A DNA stretch of 64,000 bases from Octopus vulgaris (taxonomy: Eukaryota): the NCBI GenBank assembly GCA_951406725.2, contig OX597823.1, forward strand, positions 117,738,001-117,802,000, written 5' to 3'. Shown here in pieces: positions 1 through 14,636 of this stretch. The position numbers were made by a program, and so were the translations under genes. The notes under the pieces are model-generated. The model made no database searches. It worked only from the letters and a program-made list of their open reading frames with translations, and had not been told where the DNA came from. Each line of letters opens with the position of its first letter. The stretch's first letter is position 1.

Positions 1-927
1 ATTTTTCTTCCTCTCATCCCTTTCCATCAGAGTAGGCTTGAAACTTCAAAGACTCTTCTATTTTACCCAAGCATCAAACTAATACACCTGCTTGTTGTTC
101 CCTCACCTGTCCCTGCCTTTTGTTTACTGCACATTTGAACTATATATATGTATATATGTATATATATGAATCAGCCACTGATTTATAAGGTAAATACTAT
201 ATACTGACAGTTAGGTTTTAGCCAAACCATTCAGCAATGGAGTAGTCACAACTGATGAGTTTTAATCTTAAGCAAATCTAGACTAGTATTGTAATCTTGC
301 TTGCTGAGGAACAGTTATCTCCCTTGACAGTGCATAAACATCTGCTTCTTTGCAGCTCTCAGAGATTTTAAGTCATATTTCTAGCAATGTAGGAGCTACT
401 CTGCACCATCAGTTACAATCAGTGACAAGGGAATTTCTCCTTTTTGGCCTTACATTGTGTAGAGCTACCTTTGTTATTATATATATATATGAGAAAAAGT
501 AAAACAAAATTATAAAGTAAAGATGATCTCGTAGTAGGTTGGATACAGAGTTCTGGGAAGGAAGGTACAGGATAAGTAATTAGGAAGGTTACTTGAATGC
601 CAGAATTTAAACAATATTTTGGGGAAATGTCAGGTTTGATTCATTCTTGTAAGTGTTCAGGCAGATGTTAAAACCATTTGTAGATTGCAGTATCAAAGCA
701 TTCTCTACAATACATAAAGATCATATTTCTTGTTCGTTTTATTTAATATTGCCAAGTACTTTGATTTCAAACTGGTACCCTTCCTACTTTAATTCTCTCT
801 TCAACAAACTTTAACACTACTTTCACAATAAGCTACCACTAGAAAAATCTTGAAGTTATTTCCCTTACTGGTATCCATGCACATGGCACAAAATTACAAA
901 ATATTTTTTAAAACAGTGTAGTAAAAA

Positions 928-996
928 TGCATACCACATGGATAATCCATTGCATACCACATGGATAATCCATTGCATACCACATGAATAATCCAT
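928..996. repeat. 3 x 23 bp tandem repeat
   Basis: Unit tgcataccacatggataatccat, with internal palindrome atggat-a-atccat. Confidence 0.85.
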
Positions 997-1289
997 AATG
1001 TAAAACTGTATAGTAATGGAAATACAACTAATATATCACATTGTTTAATACATATCCACTCTACAACTATGAGGTCTGCATTTTTCTGAATTAACACTAA
1101 TAAACATTACACACACACATGTACGTATGTACATAAATAATATATGTATATTCATACATACATACCTTATATATATATATATCAGATGGTGCATTGCACT
1201 CCTGAGCAAAGTAATTCATTTCCCATCACTCCAATTCACTCAACTAAGAATGAGCACTAATGCCAATTAGGGGTTAATCATCTAATGAA

Positions 1290-1550
1290 GGCACATGGCT
1301 CAGTGGTTAGAGTGTCAGGCTCACAATCCTGAGGTAGTGAATTTGATTCCTGGACCGGGCTGTGTTGTGTCCTTGAGCAAGAGGCTTTCTTTCACATTGC
1401 TCCAGTTCACTCAGCTGTATAAACGAGTTGTGACATCACTGGTGCCAAGCTGTACTGGCACTTGCCTTTCCCTTGGATAACATTGGTGGGGTGGAGAGGG
1501 GAGGCTGGGAGGGCATGGGTGACTGCTGGTCTTCCATAAACAACCTTCTT
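1290..1550 (+). mobile_element. tRNA-derived SINE
   Basis: A box tggctcagtgg, degenerate B box (ttgattcc), then gtgtccttgagcaag core. A related copy lies at ~18371-18510. Confidence 0.75.
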
Positions 1551-2696
1551 CTTGTCTTGAGACAGCATTCACCCAGGGTGGGTTGAGCTGGCTTCATTCA
1601 TCCTCAATGCTGCATCCCATTGAAGGGTAAGTTTTGTATTCTCTTGGAAATTCAGATAAATTCAGTTATCATTCATTTACACACACCATCAATAATAATC
1701 TCTTAAAAGTTCTACAACTTTAAATTAGTTTTCAAAAATATGTATTGCCCTGCCTGCACGCACCATTCTTTGGTCAACACACCTTCATATAAAGTACCCG
1801 TTATTCTTTTCGAGTAAACTGACAACTTATATAGGAAAAAGAAAAGTAGACAGAGATACGAAGATTATATGAGTGTATATGTATGTGTGTGTATATATTT
1901 GTGCATGTATTATATATATATACAATGTGTGTGTGTGTGTGTATGTGTGTGTGTGTGTATGTGTGTGCACGCAGGTGTGTACACACACACAATCACACAC
2001 ATTTAGTAAGAGTTTGACTCAGCTTCATATGATAAAGTTTCATTAGCACAAATGACATGACTGTCTCAACAGATGTTTGAAGAAGATTGAGAGATTTGAG
2101 ACAAATTTAAAATAGCTTTTAGGTGTTAGGCCTCTATTGGTCAGCTCAGGTCACATGGTATTAATGGTGTGAAAGTGAGACAGAATGTTGGCACACCTTG
2201 GCAGCAGGTTGTTGCATAGAGTATTCAGTGACAACTGAGCTTCTGATTCATACCAACATCCTATTTTACTGTATGCAGTACGCTGTACAAGGAATTTATG
2301 CTGCTGAATATAATATACCACAGCCTACTATCAAAGTGGCACCAGCAACCTACAAACATCCTGTCCAAGCACATGAGTTTAAGAATAAAGAAAACCGTTG
2401 GTGTCAGTCACTGGACCTAACACTACCGGATTTTGGTTTTTATAGGAATACTTAAAAGATGAAGTTTACTGTACAAAACAGGCAACAAGCAAGAGACTGG
2501 CGGCAGCCACTGAATGAGAATGCAAAAAATACCAAACAAAATGTTTCTTGATAATTGCAATTCCATTATTTTGCATTATAAGCAGAGCCGAAACCAGAAT
2601 GGCTTTCATAAAAATATCAAATTCTGTCTGCAGATTCTACTAAATTTTGAAAATGAAATGCATTATTTTAATATACACTGACTTCATAATTAAAGT

Positions 2697-3096
2697 GTAC
2701 TCTTTTACTCTTTTACATGTTTCAGTCATTTGACTGTGGCCATACTGGAGCACTGCCTTTAGTCGACCAAATGGACCCCAGGACTTATTCTTTGTAAGCC
2801 TAGTACTTATTCTATCAGTCTCTTTTGCCAAACCGTTAAGTTATGGGGACATAAACACACTACCATCAGTTGTCAAGTGTTGCTGGAGGACAAACACAAA
2901 CACATATACACGCACATACATATATATACATATATACGACGGGCTTCTTTCAGTTTCCGTCTACCAAATCCACTCACAAGGCTTTGGTTGGCCCAAGGTT
3001 ATAGTAGAAGACACCCAAGGTGCCACGCAGTGGGACTGAACCCAGTACCATATGGTTTGTTAGCAAGCTACTTACCACACAGCCACTCCTATGCCT
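2697..3096 (-). mobile_element. SINE (composite, tRNA-like head at the right end)
   Basis: Reverse complement ggagtggctgtgtggtaag...gggttcagtcccactgcgtggcaccttggg. The same body recurs at ~9285-9420, 16836-16945, 18940-19050 and 29005-29130. Confidence 0.75.
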
Positions 3097-3132
3097 ATAT
3101 GTATATAGATTTTTTGGGGGACACCTAGTATA

Positions 3133-3171
<39 letters not shown>

Positions 3172-5069
3172 GCACACACACACACACACACACGTGTACA
3201 CCATTTTCTTGAAATCACATGATGGTTGCAAATGAACATCACTGCAACATTGTTCATTTCCAGTCTTCTGTGCAAAACTGGCAATGGGAAATATTACACT
3301 GCTTGGAAACAGGTTAGAATTGGTGATAGGAAGAGCATCCAGCCATAGGAAATCTGCCTCAACAAATTCCATCTGACCCATGCAAATATCAAACAAATAT
3401 TAAATGATGAGACACACACATATGCATGTATATATATATGTGGGTATATATATATATTAATATTCAATATATGCCTATTTATTTATTTATATATATATTT
3501 ACACACACACACACACACATATGTATATATATATATATATATATGTGCATATTTACACACACAGATATATGTATTCACATGCATATAGATGATAATTCAT
3601 TCTTCTAAGATTCTACATTTGGTTGAACAAATTCATACAGAATAAGTGGAATTCTAAATATTCAAATATATCCATAAACAGTTCGAGTATGAAGACCAAA
3701 TTAATATTAATAAGTGATATTAGCCAAGTGAAATAATGTGCATTGCTTAAACTCTGAGGTCAGAGCCATCATTTAGATGTTAAATTTCTTAACCATGGAC
3801 CCACAATGCATTGGCCAGAGAACGTATATGAATGACCAATCTTTTATGTGATTGTCCAGTGTCTTATGAGTATAGCAGTCACTAACACACACACACACAT
3901 AAGAAAGAGAGAGTGAGAGAGAGAGAGAAAATAAAAGTAAGAGAGAAAGAAAGAAAGAGGAAAAGTGAAAGTTGCTAAGATATAGTTTGGAGTTTTGCAA
4001 TTTGAAGGAAAAAAATAGTGTGTTAAGGTCGATTAGATACACTTGTCCCACCGGCCTCTTAATGTAGCAATAAACTATTATTTGATAGCAGTATGTAAAC
4101 CATAAAATATTCACAAACAAGAAAATCTAAGAAAAAGACATTAAAGATAATATAAAAATAATACATTGAGTGGTGATAATTAAGTCAATTTTAAATTCAG
4201 AGTAGACATTAATTCCAAAAGTTATGAAAAGCAAAAACAGAGAAAATTTTCAAAATATTTTTTTTTTAAACAAAAAAAAAATTGTCTGAAAATTAGCATT
4301 AAATAATATAATAAATTATAATGGAAAAAAATAAAAAATGAAATATATGATCCCCAAAAGTCTGATTGGAAATTTCCAAGCTGAGCAGAATACCAAAATG
4401 ATTTATATATTACCAGCATTTGTTTGTCATAAATATGCAAAATAGCCAGTATAGAAAAAGATTAGTAAGAAATCCCAATATAGCAGATATACTTTCCTTG
4501 ATTTTGAATTGATCAGGAGAAATATGAGAAGAAATGAGGAAGAAAATTTTTTAAATATTAACCAAAACAGAAAAAAAAAAAAAAATCTTCAATTTCAGAA
4601 CAAATATTCTATGTTAGATAAGACAAGAAAAACAAAGATTGCTGAGATTTTTATCTGCTGCCAATATATGGCTAACAACAATAATCTGTGTTCTATCTGC
4701 TGAGGAAGAGGAATTATTTCTAATCATAATCCAGCATGTAGAACGGATTCAATCCAAAAGGCTTCTTCAGTAATCACAGAAACAAAGACTTATTTGTTGT
4801 TCAATTATTGTCGTCTTATTTTTTATAACCTATTTCCAAAAGACACTACTACTTGCCAATTCTCAAAGTGCATTATTGCAATATCGGAGTTTTACATTGG
4901 AGCTGCATATTTTTGTTTTTTGTTTTGCTTTGTTTGTTTTTGCAGGGTGAATGTGATACAAAAGTTCATCTGGAGAAAGACTTCAACAACAAATATCTCT
5001 AATAAAAGACAAATAAATACATTCCATTTCTATGATTTTTTCTTTATTAAATTACTGCTGTTGTTCTTA

Positions 5070-5085
5070 TAATTGTTATTATTGC

Positions 5086-5121
<36 letters not shown>

Positions 5122-5333
5122 AACTATTACTACTACTACTATTATTATTATTATTACTACTACTACTATTATTATTACTACTACTACTACAACTGTTATT
5201 ATTACTGCTACTACTACTACAACTGTTATTATTACTACTACTACTACAACTGTTATTATTACTACTACTACTGTTGTTGTTGTTGTTGTTGTTACTACTA
5301 CTACTACTACTACTGTTATTATTATTATTATTA
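5070..5333. repeat. Compound (TAT/TAC/TGT)n microsatellite
   Basis: Direct inspection. Confidence 0.95.
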
Positions 5334-6492
5334 AGCTGTCAGAATCATTAGTTTGCCAGGCAAAATGCTTAGCAGCATTTCATTCGTCTTCACATCCTGA
5401 GTTCAAATTCTGCCAAGGCTGACTTTGCCTTTCACCCTTTTGGGGTCAATAAATTGAGTGCTAGTCAAGTACTGGGGTTGATGTAATCGACTTATTTCCT
5501 CCCCCAAATTCCAGGCCTTGTTCCTATAGCAGAAAGGACTATTATATTATTATGGTTATCATTATTATTAAGGTGGCGAGCTGGCAGAATTGTTAGCTTA
5601 CTGGGTAAAATGCTTAGGGGCATTTCGTCTGTCCTTATGTTCTAAGTTCAAATTCCACCGAAACTGACCTTGCTCTCATCTTTTCAGAGTTGATGAAATA
5701 AATACTAGTTATGCACTGGGGTCGATGTAATTGGCTATCTCCCACCCCTAAAATTTCAGGCCTTGTGCCTATAGTAGAAAGGATTATTATCATCACCATA
5801 TTATTATTATTATTATTATTATTGAGGCAGAATCATTAGCAGGTCAGAGAAATTGTTTTGTCGCATTTCTTCTGACTTTACATTCCTAGTTTGAATTCTA
5901 CCAACGTTGACTTTGCCTTTCATCCTCTCCAGTTCAATGAAATAAGTACCGCTAAGCACTGGGGTCAATGTAATCAACTAGCCTCTTCCCCTAAAATTTA
6001 AGAGCTTGTGCCTACAGTAGAAAGGATTAACTTTATTATTGTGAAGGGCATTGGATTAACAAAATCAGTAAGGTCTCACATACAACACCTTGTGATATTT
6101 CTTCAAGTTCTTTGCATTTAAAGATCAAATTCCAATAAGGTCAACTTCACTTTCATTCTTTCAAGGTTGATAAAATAAGTACCAGTGAAACACTGGGCTT
6201 AATGTAATCGACTTATTCCTTCCCCAAATTCCAGGCCTTGTGCCTAGAGTAGAAATTATTATTATTATTATTATTATTAAGGCAGCAAGCTGGCAGAATC
6301 ATTAGCATGCCAGGTAAAATGCTTAGTAGCATTTTGTCTGCCGCTATATTCTGAAAGCAAATTCTGCCATGGTCAACTTTGCCTTTTATCCTTTAGTGGT
6401 TGATAAATAAAGTACCAGCAAAACACTGAAGTCAATGTAATTGATTAGTCCCCTTACCTAAATTTCAGGCCTTGTACCTTTAATAGAAAGGA

Positions 6493-6523
<31 letters not shown>
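5333..6523 (+). mobile_element. Five head-to-tail SINE copies separated by (ATT)n
   Basis: The ~220 bp unit gcagaatcattag...gagttcaaattc...gactttgcctttcatcc...gtaccag...ggccttgtgcctatagtagaaaggattatt starts near 5335, 5570, 5825, 6045 and 6280. Confidence 0.85.
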
Positions 6524-6857
6524 TAAGAATACTGACAATAAAAACACACTTGACCACAGCTCAGTAAAATTGCCAAATTTTTAACCCTTTTCACCTGAAA
6601 TGGAGTGAGTTTTAGTCTAAATTTGTTGTCATGTGTACAGAGGAGCAGACCAGCTTCATTTTGGTGATTGTTTCCATTTTGCTGGATTACATTTTCTTAG
6701 GGAAAGAGAAAAAAAAAAGACATGGATCTTTCTCTGAAGAAGTAATAATGTCCAATAGAGACAAATATAAAACACAAGAAATGAAAGAGGGAAAAACAAC
6801 CAACAAAGTCTTCCTAATTGCACAATCCATGCCAGCATGGGAAACAGATAGATAGAT

Positions 6858-6992
6858 GAAGAAGTAAAAGGAGGAGGAGAAGAAGAAAAAGAAGGAGAAG
6901 AGGATGAGGGGGAGAAAAAGGAGGAGGGGAGAAGAAGAAGAAGAAGAAGAAGAAGAAGAAGAAGAAGAAGAAGAGGAGGAGGAGGAGGAGGA
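6858..6992. repeat. (GAA/GAG)n microsatellite
   Basis: Direct inspection. Confidence 0.9.
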
Positions 6993-7189
6993 TGAACATC
7001 CCACTTTTATGCAGCTATGTTCTTTGCACATAAGCATCATTCTGAAGGAGAAGTGTTTTGTTGTCAGCAGAGATAAAAACTCTCTGAACTTTTTTCTAAT
7101 CTATTTTTACTCAACTAATTTTATAATATATTCACAACACTCAACGTCACTGCTAATTGAGTTACCTAAGTAACAAAAGCTATCAACTA

Positions 7190-8950
7190 CTGCACGTGAT
7201 CCTTCTGAGATAATTTATTTCTTGTGTGGTCTTCGTGCTTATTACTGCTGATCACCTGCCAGACACAATGTCTACTTTTTCCATTAGGCTACCTGTGACC
7301 CCACTATATCTCTTGTGCATGTATTGTTTACAATGGACACACTGTATAAAATTTCTACCGACTCTTTTTCTGAAAATTGAGCACAGCCATTTTTTCTTTC
7401 TTTTTTTTTTTTATGAAAGCAGAGTCTTGTTTCTCTTTTTACTGCCTAAAATTTTAGTCTCTGCTGAGTTTATTTCAAGGTCTTTCAATTCTAGGTCTTC
7501 TCCAGATCTACAAATTCTGCTTAAAGAACTCCATATACAAGAGTTTCCATGGAAACCAGTCCTAAACCTTTGAGCCCATAACACAGGTTTACTGGTGGAT
7601 GGCTTATTTTTCTCTATACTGTTGCACTGCTCTATGGGTGGAGTGCATCAGGAAGCCAGGTATATGGTCAAATAAGGTTCAGGAGGTCAGAGCTCAAAGA
7701 GTTACACTCCTCTGGATTTTTAAAACTGGACTGATTGGGAAAATAAAAATAAACAGAGGGTATTGAGGACTGGGTCCTGATGGAGACCCACTTGCATTCT
7801 AAATTCTTCACTGAATTCATCGCTAACTCTCACTTTGCTAACAGCACCTCTAAACATAGATTGCTCTCACAAGCCATTCATTTATCCTTTGTTTCCATAC
7901 AGACCAGTTAAAATTCTTCTCTGTATCAACAAATAATAATTGCAAGGGCCTACTCGAAGCTAAGTACTTCTATTGTAGATATCTCACAAGGAATATGGCA
8001 GCATTGATGGCACCCATTTCTATCACAAAGCCAAATTGCATTTTATTCAGACTAATCCTGCTTTCTATCAATTTTGCAACAGCCCAGTTTTCATAAGGTG
8101 ACGCTTTAACAGGACTGTAGCCTAATGACTGAAATGAGTTTAAAAAAACACAGGTTTAATGTCTCTGTAGTTTCCTAGCTCTAGAACACCTCGTTTGCCC
8201 TTGTAGCAATTTACAATGATAATGTTCTACTTGTTACTGGGTATGACACCTTCCTGTATTACTTGGTTGACTATTTATGTGACTAGCACATACCAGATAT
8301 TTTAATCCTTTCATTATCAACCCGGCTGAAACCGCCCCTGGCTCTGTAGGACAAATGTCTTGTTTTCTTAAGTTTTGAATTAAAATTTTCCACCAAACCT
8401 TAGTCACAATTTGTGTTCTTAACACTAGCTGAATGATAACTAAGTTATTTTACTAAATTCCTTGTTATATTTAAAGTAATCGAAAGAAACACAGAGCATC
8501 TCAAAATAAATACAGTAACAAAAGGGTTAAACATTTCATCAACTATTTTCAGTAGACCGGCTCCTTTCCCTGCCTTCATAACCTTAATTGTTCTATCTAC
8601 CATACTGTTATCACCTTGGTTTGCTGCTCCCTCTGCTGGATCTCCTTTAGGTAAACTTTTTTATCTCCCTTCCATGCATTTTCCACATTTAAAAGATCCT
8701 TAGGGTAGCACTTTTATGATTCATTTTTTTTTTTCAGTATAAAAGCAAGTTATCGCTGACACACACTTGTCCCTAATGATGTCTTGATTGTCTCTCTCGT
8801 ACTCAGCCCAGCAATCCAGACCCCCACCCCCAACCCCACTTATGTCTCAGAACATGTACAAACAGCTTTCTTTTTGCATATCCCATTGCTATGTATACAT
8901 GATATCAAACCTCTAACTGTATCATCTTTTTCTCTACTCTCCTATTTCTT
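7190..8950 (-). mobile_element. Highly decayed RTE LINE fragment
   Basis: Reverse complement resembles the RT and Cys-rich region of the 36.9-39.9 kb RTE (e.g. 7330-7390 corresponds to WPCSI..GVGRNSI.C). Interrupted by a MITE. Confidence 0.7.
8302..8530. mobile_element. piggyBac-type MITE
   Basis: TTAA-tcctttcattat...gtaacaaaaggg-TTAA. Termini resemble the element at 20042-21125. A related decayed copy lies at ~9420-9635. Confidence 0.75.
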
Positions 8951-11900
8951 TGTCTTTGCAAGCCTCTGTCTTAGCTATTTGGGCTCTAAATACCATGCTT
9001 TTACAAAATATCATCTTTAAAATACAAAGACAGGTTGGCTAATGTAGTCCTAGATATACTGTGCCTATAAAAAAAAAGAGTTAAGATGGTTTCATCTGGA
9101 ATACTTTTTATAGAAGTTCATTAACAAAACAGTAAAAAGACATCCACAGCAAAAAATAAAAACAAAACGAGGGTTATAGGTAAACTAATTTGGATTACTA
9201 TCTTTGCCCCACCCACTTCCTGGATGCAGTAAAAGAGAGAGTGAGAGACAGACAAAGGGAATGGGAGGGAGGGAAAGAGAGATGGACTTCTTCATAGTTT
9301 CTCTCTACTAATTTCATTCACCTGGCATTGGTAAATACCAGGCTATACTAAGGAGACAGTTGCCCAAGGTGCCACTCAGTGGGACTGATCCCAAGACCAT
9401 GTAACTGTGATGCTAACTTCTTAGCTCTTTTGAACCCACTCTAGACCATCGTTGTTCTATGATACAAACTTCCTGTTTTAATATGGACTGAATCAAAACC
9501 TTCCATCAGAATTTCAGGTTCCAAACACCAGCTTAACAATGACAAAAGTTATTTTACTAAATTCTTCTTTAATTTCAAAATTACTTGAAACAAAAACACT
9601 GTATTTCAGCAACAATATGGTAACAAAAAAGGTTAGTCATGCATCCAAGGCTGCACTTAAGAAACTATTTTTGAAAGCTGTGTTCCAATAAATAAATCAA
9701 AATTGTTGCTTTATTAAACTCTTCAAATTCTTGGTTATTTTGAAAATTTATTGAAACACAGGGGAAGTCTATTGTAACTGGAAATAGAGTCAATAAATGC
9801 TTAATGTATCAGAAGGAATGAGGTGAGGAATACATAAAAAAAATATAACAATAACAAAAAAGAAAGAAAAATAGTAAAAATTAAGGAGAACAATTTTTAT
9901 GAAATTAGCTGAAGAATTTGACCTACAGTCATTGTGCAGGTACTCAAAAGACATAATGTTAATATGTTTACTGTGAAATAAGCCCCGATTCTACAGCTAT
10001 GATGGTAGTAGAAGGGAAGGAAACTATGCAGCATTAAAGCTACATGTTCTCATAAATTGGTGCACAACTTTCAGATCTGCAGAATCATTTGATCTACGAT
10101 AGACAAGAAGGATTGACATAAAATTGAATTTAAAGACCCTCACCTCTACCATCATACTTTATCACTCTACCTCACATTCATCATAATGCTTGTATAATGA
10201 GGGATGATATTAAAATTCGTCCATATCCAGTAACACAACTATCCACCATTATCATACCATTCCTCTCTCTCTCTCATGTGACACTCTTATTGACATCTAA
10301 AACTGGCACCTACCTTTGCTATCCATCAATCCTTCCCCATTACCATCACCCATCCATATTGTTACCCCATGCTGTTGCTCTTTCTTCATCTTCTTACCAG
10401 CAACCAATATGTAGCTAATACTGTCTCTCTTCCATTACTCCCTCTCCTACTGTTCTCACATTCCCTAACTCCCACACACCCATACCTTGTCTCCTTTCAC
10501 TCTCTTTCACTAAGTGGTTGGCATTAGGAAGGGCATCCAACCATAGAAATTATACCAAATTAAGGATGTAAGAGTGACGCAGGATGCACCAACTTGTTTG
10601 GAAGAACAGCAACTCCAAATAAAAACTGAGTCAGATCATAATGACCCGACCAATCCATGCCAACATGGGAAGTGCACGATGATGCACTTGAGAAAATTAG
10701 ATAAATACAGGAGAAATATATAAGATTTGAAAGTGAAGAAATGTGTTCTTATACAGAAATATCTAGCACCTTGATAAATAGAAGGTGGAGGCATGTTTGG
10801 AAAAGTCAGCTATATTCCAGATAACAGTGTCAGACATGAAGATGGTAAAAAGAAAACAAGAAAGAAAAGACAAAAAGGATGAGTAAGAGTAGTAGTTTGA
10901 GAGAGAGGAGTACTTGTAGGAGAAGTATAAGAAAAAGAGATGAAGATGAGGAAAATAGTAAAAGCAAAAAGCAAAAGAGAGAGGAAAGGAAGAGTAGAGG
11001 AGGAGAAAAGAGAAAAGAGAGCAAGGACAATTGGAACTATATAAAATGTGGCAGCAGCAGCAGGAGGGTAGGTAGGAGATGGGAAAGAGGGTGAGGGGAG
11101 GGAGGAAGAAAACAGGTCACAGATATGAAAAAATAAAGACAATGAGTTCAAAAAGTGAATTAAATGCTTTTAAGTCTGGCAATAAAACGAGAAATGGGGA
11201 ATTAAAATAGCTATGATTAGTGGCATTTGTTAACATGAAAACAACTAACAATACATGGCGCCACCAATATTGATTATGTCTGGAATTAAAACTGGGAATT
11301 CCTTGCTGTGTTGACATTTCCACAGCACTATTTCCTACAGGTAACAACAGGATCTAATACAAGATGGAGTCGATCTCTAAATATAACACTTTTTAACCTA
11401 AATATAAATGTTTATAGGGCTTTCAGAATGAACTTAATATGCACTCTAGAAGAGCTAACTGGAAATGTCTGAAAAATCTACTTCACACACTTCCATTGCC
11501 AGAATTACCTGCTTAGAAATAACCGAATTCAATAATGTTACTCAGTATTAGTAACAATAAAATTAGTATATTAGATGCAACCAGGCTTTTATTTATCTTA
11601 AATTTAATACATCAACCAAGACATAACAATTCATGGCATTAAGTTACATAAGGAAGAAAAATGATAAAATGTACACATCACATTCTATTAATCAATGGAG
11701 CCACCCACAATATTAAGTAGATGTATAAACAAGGCCACCCATCAATTTATCTATTTCTGTAATGATATCGGATGAAATAAGGAATTACATAAAGGATCAA
11801 CATTAGTTGGAAATTTGTCAACTCTACTTCTGACAGGCCTAACCCTAACCCTTTCATCTTTAAGACTCTTTTACTCTTCACTTTTCTGCCCTTTTTTTTT

Positions 11901-13437
11901 CTTCTTTTTGCATTTTAATCTGCATTGTGCATGCAGTTGTGGTTTTCATTGCTGTCTTTCTTTACTTGACTTATTACCGACTGCTTTCTGTCCTGTTTTT
12001 CACCTTTTTCTGATGAGTTGTGCTGCACCTGAACACTGTATGTAACAATTATAGAAATAGCAGACTCAAAATAACAATAGAAATAGCAGCCAAATCTCCC
12101 TCTACCTCAAATCACTTCCTATAGAGGCATACTAAGATACTAAAGATATTCTTGATAATATAATCTCAAATATTTCATTTTTGGATTTGGTTTGCGAGAG
12201 TCAAGACTATTGAAAAGGTTGCAAGACGCAACGAAAATTTTAGGAAAATAAAAATAAGAAATAAGTGGAAATTTCACCGGTGAGTGAGTTACATTATAAG
12301 GCACAAAAAAAAATGACTCTCCCCAGACAAGACAGAATAGTCTCAAATACATTATGGGAAACATACGGAAGAGTCTGTGATCATAGTTCTGCTAGACCAT
12401 GGTAAACAAGAGTTAAACAACAATAAAATCAACCAAATACATGGATAAAAGAAGCTGAAACAAAAATAGCTGAAGATTTGAGATGTACATTGAATCTTTC
12501 ATTAATTACTAGTTTCAATTTATTGCTCTCTCTGTCTCTTTCCCTTTTTCTTCCTTCTCTTTATTACCTTTATAATCTAATACCCACCCCTCTCCTATTC
12601 ATTGTACTACACTGCCTGTAGAATTGGAGCTATGCATATTCAATAACCCTAACATCACTCTTTATTGCTAGCCACCAATCCCTTCTATGTCACTTTTTAT
12701 TGACATCTCTCACTGTCCTTTCACATTAACCAGCTCAAATGTTATCCATCACTTACTCTCTGGTACTATCATCTATATTCATTATCATTCAATCCTCTCT
12801 CTCTCTCTCTCACACATTTCATCTTCTATCATTCTATGTTGACATACAACACTCTTCTTTGTTTCCATAACACTATCTTCCATCAACCTCACTCCCTCTG
12901 ATACTCCCTCTTCCCTCATCACACTACTCATGTTTTTCCAGGTCAATTTTCTTACCACCAATCAGTACCTAGCACTGTCTCTTTCTTGACACTCCAATCA
13001 CTATTTCTCCCAACATATTCTTACTCTCTTTTCCTTCACACTCTCCTCCTGTTTCTCACTATCATTATTCTCTCTTCTACAGACTCCTTCAGTTACACTT
13101 ACCATGAACAAATGGAGAGAAGCTTTTAGTTTTGCCAAGAATGAATAAGACAAACTCTCCAGAGAAGGAAAAAGGAAAAACATACCCAGCATACCCCATG
13201 TAAAGTGATTTGTGTATAGATAGGTATCTAACTGTTGAAATCAAGCCAGCATGAACTTTGCTTAAAATGAATACTAGCCACATGCTAATGAGGCCTTCCA
13301 TTGTGTCATGGGTGGGGTCCAACAAGGCGTCTATGTCTGCCCACAACTACATAGAGACCTAAAACTATTATCAAGAGCAGAGTTCCATCTGCCAAACCAT
13401 ACCCTCTAGCAAGTAACAGTTACACTGCTTTTAAGTA

Positions 13438-13943
13438 TTGGATTGTCCAGAAAGTTTGTGCCGATTTTTAAAGGAAAGAAAAAGGTCAATAAATACTTGC
13501 CATTACATTTTTAATCAACCAAATATGAACCATTTTGTTACACAATGCATCACCATCTTTCCTTTAACTTGAAAATACCCTTTTCCTAGAATTGAGGTGG
13601 TTTCATGGCAAAGAATTCATCAAGTTATCTTTTTACATCATCCAAGGAATTGAAATTTTTACCATTAAGACTATTCTGCGGAGACCTGAATAGCCGAGCT
13701 GCAGCAATTTTTGTCTGGTTCCCAAAGCATCAAGTGCCGAAAATGAACTTTCTTATCTTCCATTTTAAAGGGTTACAGGATTAACACAGGTTATAGGAAC
13801 ATAAACCTTCTTCCACGAAAAGACAGCTTAAACTTTGCTCTAAATGGAGGTGTAGTCAAATCTTATTTTATGAACTCAAGCATGTTCTAAAATAAAGAAA
13901 GGTAAGCTACTATAAGTCGGCACAAACTTTCAGGACAACCCAA
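13438..13943 (-). mobile_element. Internally deleted mariner (Tc1/mariner) element
   Basis: TIRs ttggattgtccagaaagtttgtgccga / tcggcacaaactttcaggacaacccaa with TA target duplication. Minus-strand transposase remnants MEDKKVHFRHLMLW and NSLNGKNFNSLDDVK...GIFKLKERW. Confidence 0.88.
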
Positions 13944-14025
13944 TATTAAGTGCAGTAGTCTACCAAACCATTTATGGGAGCAGAGCAAATAAGAGCTCAC
14001 TTAGAATGTCATAAACCATTTCACC

Positions 14026-14296
14026 TAGTGGTTCCCAAAGTGGATGGTGCTGTCCCCTTGGGGGTAGTGGAAAAATCTGAGTGCGGGGCCCTTAAAGAAA
14101 ACTGGGGTGATAATAGGGTGGATGTAAAAAAAATTAAAATAATGGGTTGATTAGGTGAAGTTTTATTTGTGAAATACATCTTTTTAAAAAATTTGCTGCA
14201 GTTGTTTATGTTTGTGGTGGTGAGTGGGGAGCAGGTGCTAGGAATGTGGCTTGGGTGCCAAGGGTGCAGCAGCTTGAAAAAGTTTGGGAACCACTG
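14026..14296. mobile_element. hAT (Charlie-like) MITE
   Basis: Termini tagtggttcccaaa / tttgggaaccactg. The 8-bp TSD is degenerate. Confidence 0.75.
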
Positions 14297-14636
14297 ATCT
14301 AAGCCATGCAAGTATGAAAAACAAACAGAAAAGGATAAGGATGACAATTTTTACAGATACTGTGAGTAATGTTAAAAATCCATATCTTGGAGCTTTTCAT
14401 TAAATAAATAAGCACTAAATATTGTTGCCATTAGTTAATTCTAGTTGTTAATGATGGATGCATAAACTGAAATTAAATTTCCAGCTTAATACTAATATCT
14501 TTTACATCCCTTTTCTTTTCTTTTTTCAAAATAAATTTGAGTTGAATATAAAAATAATTTATATTAAAAAAATCTATTTATATTTTCTAAAAAAAAAAAA
14601 ACCTGAAAATATATTGAAGCAAGGAAACATTCTCAC

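Noticed and set aside
1290-1365. tRNA gene
   Set aside because: A and B boxes are present, but there is no complete cloverleaf and the sequence continues into a SINE body repeated elsewhere.
11838-11853. Telomeric repeat (CCCTAA)
   Set aside because: Only about two units; expected by chance.
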